Source: an uncultured Fibrobacterota bacterium
GTDB lineage: Bacteria; Fibrobacterota; Chitinivibrionia; Chitinivibrionales; FEN-1185
Assembly (NCBI GenBank): GCA_963753345.1
Contig: CAVWBU010000024.1
Span: 256,001 to 320,000, forward strand
Length of the DNA stretch: 64,000 nucleotides
Direction: 5' to 3'
Of this stretch, positions 52,472 through 62,300 are shown piece by piece. The position numbers and the translations under genes are program-made. Position 1 is the stretch's first letter. Each line of letters opens with the position of its first letter. The notes beneath the pieces are model-generated. The model searched no databases, was not told the DNA's origin, and saw nothing but the letters and a program-made list of their open reading frames with translations.

Positions 52472-54170
52472 AACTATCAACCTTTCGCCGCATTACGCAG
52501 GCCGTCACGTTTTCTCTCTTCACAATACTTTTCATTTTCACTATGTACCCGTTTGCCGCGAAGTTCCCGGTCGACGCGTTCCTCAGGCTCGACCCGCTTG
52601 TGGCCACCGTGGCAATGATCGGCTCGCGCGCATTAATCGCCACCATGGTCTGGGCGGCCGTGCTTCTCGCGCTTTCGCTTGTTGTCGGCAGGTTTTTCTG
52701 CGGGTATGTCTGCCCGCTCGGCACGCTTATCGACCTTTCGGATTTCCTTGTCCACGGCAAAAAGCACAAAAAGGAAACCGTTGAGCCAAAGCCCAACCGG
52801 AGGATCAAGTACTACGTGCTTATCGGCGTTGTCGCGGCCTCGCTGATCGGCGCAAACCTCCTCGCCTTCGTTAGCCCGATGTCCATTGCGCCGCGCATGT
52901 TCTCGCTGGTTTTGTTCCCGCCGGTCGTATGGCTTATAAACGCCGCCGTGGACCTGCTTCGTCCCGTGTTTCTCGCCGCGGGCATGGACACCTTTACACA
53001 GGTGAATTTCATGCGGTATTTCTTTTCGTCCGGCGTCACGGCGTTTGTTTTTCTCGCCATCATCGTGGCGGCGAGCTTCTGGCGCAAACGTTTCTGGTGC
53101 AGGTACGTGTGCCCCACGGGCGCTTTTATTTCGCTGTTTTCCAGATTCGGCATTGTCAAGCGCACCGTGAACGACGCGCTCTGCACCGACTGCAAGCTCT
53201 GCGCGGCCAAGTGCGACATGCGGGCCGTTGCCCTCAATCCGCGCAACACCATCTTGTCCGAATGCGTGCTGTGCGGGGACTGCGTTGACGGATGCAAGAA
53301 ACACGCGATCACCATCGGAATCGCCGGGTTCGGCTTCGGCAAGGCCGATCCGGCCCTCAACATCGAGCGCCGCGGATTCATCCAGTCCGCAACAGCCGGC
53401 CTTCTCCTTGCCGCGACCGCAAAGGCCGGGCTCAACAGCCCGAAGAACCTCAACGGCCGGTTTATACGCCCCCCGGGTCCCTGCCGGAATCCGAGTTCCT
53501 CGCGCGCTGCATCCGCTGCGGCGAATGCATGAAGACGTGCAAAACGAACGGGCTCCAGCCCGCCGATCTCGAGGCGGGATTCGACGGCCTGTGGACCCCG
53601 CACCTGGTGCCCAGGCACGGGCCGTGCGAAGACAAGTGCAACATGTGCGGCCACGTGTGCCCCACCCAGGCCATACGCGGCCTCCCGCTTGAGGAAAAAC
53701 AGTTTGTCAAGATGGGCACGGCCGTTATCGACCGCCACCGGTGCATTGCCTGGGAGCAGGAAAAGCTCTGCCTCATCTGCGCAGAAATATGCCCCATCCA
53801 CGCCATAGATTCCATGGTGGTGGACAATTTCAAGGGGCCTTTTAAGCGGCCGTTCGTGATGGACGACAAGTGCATCGGCTGCGGGTACTGCGAAAAAGCA
53901 TGCCCGGTGCAGGGAAGGGCGGCCATCGAGGTGTATTCTATCGGTGAGAACAGAATAAACAAAGGCTCGTATATCACCGAAAAGAAGAAAGCCCTTCGCG
54001 CCATAAAGGAATCCGACGCGGAAAACAGCGTCAGCGCCGATGCCATGGGGTCGGGCGGCGAGATAAAAGGCGCGGAAAAGCCGGGTGGCCCAGCACAACA
54101 GGCAGCGCCAAAACCGCAAAATGCTGTCCCTCCTTCAGGGGAAGAATTGCCCAAGGGGTTCACGGAGTAG
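52468..54170 (+). CDS. Membrane polyferredoxin: NapH/MauN-like TM domain fused to NapG/MauM-like 4Fe-4S domain; one frameshift at about 53476
   Basis: GRFFCGYVCPLG, FWCRYVCPTG, many CxxCxxC motifs, internal ERRGFI; adding one G in CCGGGTCC restores RPPGSLPESEFLARCIRC. Confidence 0.88.
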
Positions 54171-54290
54171 AGAATTCGTTCCGGCCCGGCTTGTCTGCAA
54201 GAAATGGCTGAATCGGAATATTTCAGACAAACCGGCTTTTGCCTAAAATTTCGATATCAAGGCATTCGTAGTCGAACAAGGTGGGAGTGT

Positions 54291-54887
54291 GTGATTTTGA
54301 ATCCTAAGCGCCATATCATGCTGGCGGGAGCGATGGGAGTGTTGGGTATGATATCATGCGCAAATGGCCCGACCAGCCGTCAAGCCACGTTGGCTGATTT
54401 TTATGTCACCACCCAGGTGGACGGCTGGGTTCCGGCTTCAAACAGCCCTTTTGCCGTCATGCCTATTGAAAGTCTGTATCGCGCAGTCGACGGCGATGCT
54501 GCTCTCTACCAGAATGTCGGACTCGAAAACTGGTTTATCGAGCACATGTACGGCGGGCCCACGCACACAGACACCAACGGCAATTATCATTTCGAGGGCT
54601 ATGTTGAAGAATACGGCTCTGCGGCAAGTTCAAAAGCTATCTTTGACAAGATCACCGCGCTGCACGTGATCCAAAATCCGCTCGATACCACCTTTTCCGA
54701 CACGGTGCAGCTTGCCGGTTTTTCACTTGACGAGGCGCAGGCGGTCCGGGTCCAGGGGGGAATCGATGTCTATGCCACGTTTGATAGATATTTTTTCAGT
54801 CTTGAGTTTACCGGATACGCAGACCCGACAACCGCAGCGCCGGATGCGGTGAATTTTTTGAGCGATTATAAGGCATTGGCAAAATAG
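54291..54887 (+). CDS. DUF6599-like lipoprotein
   Basis: GTG start after GGGAG; MISC lipobox; LYRAVDGDAALY motif. Confidence 0.6.
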   Translation: MILNPKRHIMLAGAMGVLGMISCANGPTSRQATLADFYVTTQVDGWVPASNSPFAVMPIESLYRAVDGDAALYQNVGLENWFIEHMYGGPTHTDTNGNYHFEGYVEEYGSAASSKAIFDKITALHVIQNPLDTTFSDTVQLAGFSLDEAQAVRVQGGIDVYATFDRYFFSLEFTGYADPTTAAPDAVNFLSDYKALAK

Positions 54888-55022
54888 AAGCAGTGGATGT
54901 TCAGGCGTAGAGCGTAGTATATTTATTTATATAATGGCAAATAAATCAGGCGTAATCGGTTAAATCTAATATATTTATTGATAAAGGCTGGATTGACATC
55001 TTGAACGGAGGGGGTTAATGTC

Positions 55023-55634
55023 ATGAAATCGGGTTGGACAAAAGCGTTTTCAAAAGTGCTTGCCGGAGCGATTTGCGGTGTGGGAGTAATGGCGCTTACG
55101 TGCGCAGGGCCCACGACGCCGAAAGCCGTAACGACTCCGGTGGACAGTTTGATTATTACCAATCAGATTACCGGCTGGGTGCTTGACTCGTCTGTGTCGG
55201 TCTCCGGCGCCGCGACGATGCCCTTCACCAATTCCACGGCAAATAGTAATTGGGTCGATGGCGGATGCCCCAGTTATTGCGGTAAGTGCGATGGGACCGA
55301 TGCTCTCAAGGACGGTTTCGGTACTTACCTCAAGGAACCGCTTGCCGGCGCCACCCGCAAGCTGGAAGTATTCGTGCTCGACTATGGATCAGCAGCGGCT
55401 GCAGATTCGGAATTCAATATCTGGCCCATTAAATACGCGGCGTCGACAAAGGAAACTATTTCACCGTTCCCGAATACCACCGCAATCGGATTCGATGTCG
55501 GCGGCGGATTGTACGTTTTTGCACATATGAGCAATATATTTATTGAAATGCAGTTTAGTGACTACGACTCGTCAAGCCAGGCGGTGCCGGATGCGAGTGC
55601 GTTCTCGACATATTACAATTCAAAAATAAAATAA
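55023..55634 (+). CDS. Lipoprotein, divergent DUF6599-like paralogue
   Basis: ALTC lipobox; shares TNQITGW, VDGG, DYGSAAAA and PDA..F with the upstream gene. Confidence 0.6.
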   Translation: MKSGWTKAFSKVLAGAICGVGVMALTCAGPTTPKAVTTPVDSLIITNQITGWVLDSSVSVSGAATMPFTNSTANSNWVDGGCPSYCGKCDGTDALKDGFGTYLKEPLAGATRKLEVFVLDYGSAAAADSEFNIWPIKYAASTKETISPFPNTTAIGFDVGGGLYVFAHMSNIFIEMQFSDYDSSSQAVPDASAFSTYYNSKIK

Positions 55635-55692
55635 TGAATAAAGATTGTTAATTTTGTTTTCTTAACCATCTCTTTCACGAGGGGGAAATATC

Positions 55693-57199
55693 ATGAGTGA
55701 AAAGACATTGAAGACGAGGCGGAATTTCTTGAAAGCCTCCGCGGCAAGCGCGGCCGGATTGGCGCTTGTTGGGTCCATTGGCGAATAAGGCAAAGGCAGC
55801 GAACATAACCACCACGTTGGTCAACCTCAGCACAACGCCGATCAACACGGACGTGGATAACCTGCGCGTTGCCTTTATTCAGGACGCGCCCTCCGGGACT
55901 GTTACCTCGACGTCAATGGTTCGGAGTACCACATATCCAGGCTGGACCGACTTCAATAGTCCCACCTACGCGACGGGCGTAAATTTTGCTGCCGTGAAGG
56001 CCAACATGGACAAACTGGCATGCGCGCTCGCCAACAAAACGGATGTAACCGCCGCATGGGCCACTCTTTTGAAAATCCCGTCAACAAAGACATGGCAAAC
56101 GGCCAAAGCAGTGATAAAGCCCAACGCCTTTGCCAGCGACCATCCTTCCGTCCCCATTGTGTCAAGAATATGCGAAGTGCTTATCGGCTTTGGAATGCCG
56201 GCTGCCAATATTACAATCGCTGACCAGGGAGGGAATTGTGGCATATATCTTGGCACGGGCTTGTGTCCTGCCGGTGTGGTGGCCACCAGTGAAGGAGGAG
56301 TGAATAAAACGGGCACCACAGTTCAATTTCCAGCTTCCGCGGGTGGTGAGACGTTTAGTGCACTCACGTGCGTGGGGGACGCGGATATTCTGGTAAGCAT
56401 AGGGTGCAATAAAGGCCATGATCAATTTGGTGAGTATAGCGGTGTTACCATGAGTCAGAAAAACACAAAGGGTGCAATATGGTTCGGCTGCAATGACAAT
56501 AATGCGGCCGGCACAAGGGGCACGCTGCGTTTGGTAAACAACAATTCGTGCGTCTATATGGTCGGCAATATCCCGACTACCTATCCTGCAAAGATGCAGC
56601 TCTATATTGTAGACTCGCTGTGGATGGGCAATGCCGCCGATTGGAGCGGTGGAATTACCGATGGGAACAACGGCAATGCGATTGTGATGGGTACGTTTGG
56701 AGGAGCTGTTGACTACGCGACAACCATGAAAATAAGAGTGACAAAATTTGCGGCAAGTACGTGGAACCAGCCCATTGTGAACGCATTTATTACAGGCTAC
56801 GGATACCCTGCTTCAGCTATTACCACAGTCATGAACCCCGTAGCTGCGAACGTGGCAGGGCCGGGCCTTGTTGATGCATCAGGGGTATTGACTTCGACTC
56901 TTCCTCAAGAGAATTCGCATCTTCTTCGCGAGGGAAATGTGCAGATCTCGGTATCGGGCAATGGCATAAGGCCGGTCAACACCACGGTTAGCTTTGCCAA
57001 AGGCGAAACGGCTCAATCTGCCGAGATTTACAATATGCAGGGCAAGAAGGTTCGGACGCTTGCTCTTAACTCCGGAAGCAATCATGTTATTTGGGATGGC
57101 AGGACCGATTCCGGCAGCCTTGCAAGGGCGGGGAATTACATTGTGAGAATCAGAGGCCAGAAGTCCGTGATCTCGGGGGATGTGGCGCTCAGCAGGTAA
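55693..57199 (+). CDS. Tat-exported divergent DUF362 protein with C-terminal FlgD/T9SS-CTD-like domain; frameshift at about 55765
   Basis: ATG at 55693 gives MSEKTLKTRRNFLKASAASAAGLA, continuing in ORF 55766; VIKPN, NKGH, GVTMSQKN; tail IYNMQGKKVRTL...WDGRTDSG...AGNYIVRI. Confidence 0.72.
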
Positions 57200-57228
57200 C
57201 TTTCCGAATTTCGCTTTGGTTGGTTGTC

Positions 57229-57265
57229 AAAAGACCCTTTCCGTATGGAAAGGGTCTTTCTTTTT
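57229..57265. terminator. Bidirectional intrinsic terminator
   Basis: 13-bp stem AAAGACCCTTTCC-GTAT-GGAAAGGGTCTTT with T-tract, between convergent genes. Confidence 0.85.
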
Positions 57266-57324
57266 CCGAAACGAATGATATAAGAGGCAGGTTGAAGATT
57301 CCGTCGTAGCAGAAAGCAATGCTC

Positions 57325-58227
57325 CTATTCTTCACGATCTTTGTAACGCCTAAATCGGTCTTTGATAAGGACCCTGTCGACTTCAAGAACAAACTCATCC
57401 CTCGAAAAGTGCCGTCCCACGAACTTGAAGTTGTGAACTCCCAATTTCTGCAGCGCCGTTATCTTCTTGTCCGAAAGAACCAACGTCTCAATTTGGGTTT
57501 TCTGCTTCATGGCACGATACAAAGGGCAGTGGGAAACATAACTGTCTCCCTCGAACTTCGGGTCCCAGAAAATCTGCGATTTCGAAATCGCCACATAATG
57601 GGCCCGCCTGTTGGGACAAAAAGGCACGCACCGCTCATTGATGAGGATTTCAAGTTTGTCAACGCCAAGCCGTTTTATCAGTTCATAATTATCGTTGTAC
57701 TCAGGCGGCAGCACAAGCAGATCGATCTCGTCGATTCGCTTTTTCAAAAAGGGCACAGAAAGATTCTTTTGGGAGGTTGCAGAACTGATGATTTTGAACT
57801 TCGGATAATGCTTCCTGACGTATTCTTCAATCAATGGATTCCCTGTGATAACCGCGTTCATTGAATTGTGTGCAACCTCCAGTGTCAGGTTTGCCCGTTC
57901 GTCGCTCAGATCCTTTTTCCCGATCAACGAGTTGGAATAGGTGTATCTGATGCCTATTCCCTTATCGTTATAAGAGCGGATGAGGGATTCCATGCCCAAG
58001 GGATGGTACCACAGATAGTTTGCTTTCTTAAACCATTCTTTCTCATCGGCAATATTCGAGGAGAATTGGACGAAGTTCCTTCCCCCGTTCCAGGCTACAT
58101 TGGGAAAAGTACCGTACAGCGATGAGATCACAAAACGGTGTTTGAGGATTCCCTTGCCGGACAGCAGATCATCTACAACGCCAAGACGATTTGCAAAGGC
58201 GCCTATGGAAAGGTTTTGTTTTTTCAT
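57325..58227 (-). CDS. Peptidase U32-like (Fe-S) family protein
   Basis: WNGGR, INERCVPFCPNRRAHY, HCP, FKFVGR (resembles U32 KIEGR). Confidence 0.55.
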   Translation of the reverse strand: MKKQNLSIGAFANRLGVVDDLLSGKGILKHRFVISSLYGTFPNVAWNGGRNFVQFSSNIADEKEWFKKANYLWYHPLGMESLIRSYNDKGIGIRYTYSNSLIGKKDLSDERANLTLEVAHNSMNAVITGNPLIEEYVRKHYPKFKIISSATSQKNLSVPFLKKRIDEIDLLVLPPEYNDNYELIKRLGVDKLEILINERCVPFCPNRRAHYVAISKSQIFWDPKFEGDSYVSHCPLYRAMKQKTQIETLVLSDKKITALQKLGVHNFKFVGRHFSRDEFVLEVDRVLIKDRFRRYKDREE

Positions 58228-58313
58228 GTTTTTTCAAACCCAACCAACCCACTTTTCCATACCATACCTGAAGGACTTTTCTTCGATATGCTGCTCTTGG
58301 GAATAGTGTACAC

Positions 58314-58853
58314 TTATAGGCTGCCGTTTGGCGATTGCGTGCTTATCTGCTGCATCTCTTCGACAAACTCAGCGGGCCCATAGTGGCTCCAACCCCTGTC
58401 GATTTGAACGGTAATGGGTACCTTGGTCTGAACGTCATACATATAGATTAGGTTCAATACCGCCGAATCAATTTTTGTGCCTCGCTCTGTCACCTTGAGG
58501 TAGGTAAGATCTTTATTGGGTCCCCATGAGGCACACGTGACTATCACATTCGATTTGTCGGGTCGAAACCAGGCGGGAAGAAAATCTTCCGACAACCAGA
58601 GGCACTTGAATCTCTTGCACGGTTCCGCCGGCCGGTCCGGATAAATTGAACATCCACCGGGTTTCATGAAATGGCACGGCCTTCCTAGATAGAAATGATG
58701 CCCGTACACCTGGCCTTCCAGATGCCCTTCGCAACAGGCAGTGCACTCACCGCAAGTCCGCAAGACTTTGGGGAAACCGCTTTTGGCAATTTCGGCAGAC
58801 TGCTTTGAGGATATCACGTTTCGCTTCATGGAATTTTTCTTCTCTCCTTTCAT
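58314..58853 (-). CDS. CxxCxxCC (YkgJ-like) metal/Fe-S binding protein
   Basis: CGECTACC...CHF...GCSIYPDRPAEPCKRFKCLWL. Confidence 0.7.
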   Translation of the reverse strand: MKGEKKNSMKRNVISSKQSAEIAKSGFPKVLRTCGECTACCEGHLEGQVYGHHFYLGRPCHFMKPGGCSIYPDRPAEPCKRFKCLWLSEDFLPAWFRPDKSNVIVTCASWGPNKDLTYLKVTERGTKIDSAVLNLIYMYDVQTKVPITVQIDRGWSHYGPAEFVEEMQQISTQSPNGSL

Positions 58854-59388
58854 TACGATAGAAAAACACTGAAATGCACCAAAAAAACAATATCGGTCAA
58901 GGTGCAGTATGACCTAAAGTTCAACGGAACCTTACGCTTGAGGGAATTGTCCTGTTTTCTCTGTCCAGATTTGGGACTATGTTGAACTGATTAACGAAAG
59001 CGGCGATGGAAAGGTTCTGTTTCTGCATACCTACCTTGTTCAGACCTCACCCACCCGGCTCTAATGACCAGGATTGATTTCGAAGAGGTTAAGAACTCCC
59101 TTGCAAGAATGAAATTACTGCTTTACATATCTATACAGGCTTACCACACGAGCATCGGTGATTATTGACAAGTAACAAATATTGTTCCCTGCAGCCAAGA
59201 AGACGTGGCTGGCACCTTGTCCTGCCACGGGGTTACTGGTATTTGCCGGAACGCCGACCCCCCGTTCAGAATCTGAGGTTAAAGGATGTTGGCTGATTGG
59301 TAGTTATCCCGCTTCCAGGTTCTCCATTAATTTAATGCCATGCTGATATCGGATTTGCTCCCAATGCATAATCTGGGATCAATCCTTC

Positions 59389-62300
59389 TTAGAATCCGGT
59401 GGAAGCGCCGGAAATCTTGACAAGATTGGGCTGGGTGGTATACGTACCGTTTCCAAGTTGTCCGTTGCCGTTGGCTCCGCAGACCCAGACCGTCCCATCT
59501 GTTTTCACAACGAAACTCGAACCATTCCCCGCGTCTGCCGCAATATACTGAACTCCGGACATTACGTTTTCTGGAGCCCGTCGCGTGGCTGTTTGTCCGT
59601 CACAAAGCTGGCCGTTCAGGTCGAACCCTGTTGCCCAAAGCACTCCTCCGGTCGTGAGCATCAACGTTTGCGTTTGACCTGCCGAAACGCTTGCCACATT
59701 GGCTACCGAGAGCATTTGGGCAGGTACGATGTTTTGAGTTGTGGAGCTGTCCGCATTTCCCAGCTGACCTGCGTAATTGAATCCCCAGCTCCAAACCGTG
59801 CCATCGCTCTTTATGGCGAAACTCTGCTGGTATGCGGCGGAAATACTCGTGAACGTGCCGGTGATAGTAACGGGATATAGGGTGGAATCGCCATTGTAAA
59901 GGGTGCCATAGCCGAGTTCACCGGAACCGTTATCTCCGCAGGCGTACAGCGTTCCATTAGTCATCAAAACCAGTGAGAACCCCTGCCCTGCAGCCACCGC
60001 TTTAACGCCCGAATAATAGACCTCCTCCGGACTGGTTCTGCTTATTGTGGTACCATCTCCAAGTTCACCAGAGGAATTTCCGCCGCAGGCCCACAGTGTT
60101 TGATCTTTCTTTAGTATCAAGATATGTGTGGAGCTTGCTGACATGCTTTGCACATTTGTCATGATCTTTGTAGTGCTGCCAGATGCGACTTGGTAAAGGT
60201 CCCCAGTGCTTGTAAGATAGAGGCTGGAGCCGCCATTGACAGCGACGGCGCTAATAATGCCGGTCTTGACCTTTATGGGCGTGAGCTGAACAGTAGTTCC
60301 TCCGTCGCACAGTTCCCCATAGGAATCATCCCCGCATGCCCACAGTGTGCTGTCGGACTTGACAAAGAGGGTATGCATATCGCAGCAAGAGATCTGAGTC
60401 ACACTGATAACGGTTACTGTGACACTTGCAGTTGAGGTGTTACCACATGGTGTGCTGCTTTCCGCACGTACATAATAAGTTGTGGTCGCTGCAGGAGTAA
60501 CTGTAATGGAAGTCCCGGCACCTGCAGCGTTCGTGCATCCTGAGTTCGTGTACCATTTCCACGAAGCGCCAGTTCCAAGCGATCCTCCCGAAACGCTCAC
60601 CGTCGTCGAATTGCCCGCATTGATTTTTGCAGATCCGGCAGTTGCCCCGGTCGGTGCAATTGAAGGCACACTAACGGTTATGGTGGTGGTCGCCGTTGCA
60701 GTATTGCCGCATGTGCCCTCGGCTCGCACATAATAGATGGTTGTTGACGTAGGAGAAACTGTTATGGACGCTCCCGTGTTGGTGCCCGTAACCGGGATGG
60801 TGCAGCCGGCGTCCGTGTACCAGTGGTACGAAGCGGCGGTACCGAGCGTTCCGCCAGACTCGGTGAGCGTTGAGGTGCTGCCGGAGCAGATGGTTGTCAC
60901 GGTGGCGCCTATGCTTGTGGGAGCTACCGAGTTCGTGTTGACAGTAACGACTGCCGAGGAACCTGTTGTGTTACCGCAGGCGCCTTCGGCGCGGACATAA
61001 TACGTTGTTGTGGTGCTTGGCGTCACCGTGATCGGAGTTCCCGTGTTGATGCCGGTAACGGGAGTGGTGAAGCCGGCATCGGTGTACCATTTCCAACTAG
61101 CGCCGGTGCCCAACGTGCCTCCCGAAACGCTGAGCGAGGAAGAAGTTCCCGAACAAACGGTTGAAGGCGTCGCAACCGCGCCATTGGCCGCTGTTGAGGG
61201 TGTATTCACCGTCACCATCACGCCAGCGGTCGCGGTGTTGTTGCCCGCGCCCTCCGCACGCACGTAATACGTGGTCGTTGACGTTGGAGAAACAGTTATC
61301 GGAGTTCCCGTGTTGTTGCCGAGCACGGGCGTCGTGCATGCGGCATCCGTATACCATTTCCACGAGGCGTCTGTTCCAAGAGAACCGCCGGTAACGCTCA
61401 GTGAGGATGATCCGCCGGAACAGATGGCGGCCGGATCGGCCGAAGCGCCGGTGGGTGCGGTCGACGTAACGGTCAACTGCGTTGTGGAGGAATCCTTGCC
61501 CGTCGGGTTGGTCACCACCACTTTGTAAACCCCGCCGTCGGCGCCTCCCCATGTTTTCGAATAGGAAGCAGTTGTCGCGCCGGTGATTGCCGCGCCGTTG
61601 TAGTACCATTGATACGTAATGGGCGGCGTGCCGGATGCAACGATCGTCAGCGCAGTGCTGCTGCCCTGAACAACATTGGTGGTCCCGGGGAGCGGCGTGG
61701 TAATGGAGGAATTAATCGTGACCGCAGTCTTTGAGGAATCACTTCCTGCGCTATTTGTCACTACCACCTTGTAAACTCCGCCGTCGCCCGCTCCCCATGT
61801 CTTGGAATAGCTGCTCGAGGTTGCGCCGGAAATTGCCGCGCCGTTGAGATACCACTGGTACGTCAGCGTCGCAGTGCCGGCTGCCGTGACTGAAAGCGCC
61901 GTCGTGCTGCTTATCGCTATGCTCGTGCTTGCGCCAAGTCCCGTGGTGATGAGCGGGCTTACGGTAACCTGCGTGGTCGACGAATCCTTTCCCGCTGCGT
62001 TTGTTGCCACCACTTTATACGTTCCGCCGTCGGTTGCGGTCCAGGTCTTCGAATACGAACTCGATGTCGCGCCGCTGATTGCCGCGCCGTTAAAATACCA
62101 CTGATAGGTCGGAGCGGTCCCGGATGCGGTGACCGATAGCGCGGTGCTGCCGCTTTGGATTACAGGCGTGTTTGCGGCAAGACCGCTCGTAATAACCGGG
62201 CTTACGGTCAATTGCGTCGACGAAGAATCCTTGCCCGTCGGGTTGGTCACCACCACTTTGTAAACCCCGCCGTCGGCGCCTCCCCATGTTTTCGAATAGG

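Noticed and set aside
53465-53485. Programmed ribosomal frameshift in the polyferredoxin gene
   Set aside because: No canonical slippery heptamer; one missing G in a G run explains it, and similar indels occur elsewhere in the window.
58860-59385. Hidden gene in the long intergenic gap
   Set aside because: No ORF in the track and the frames I translated were short and unrecognisable; it may be a decayed fragment but is unsupported.
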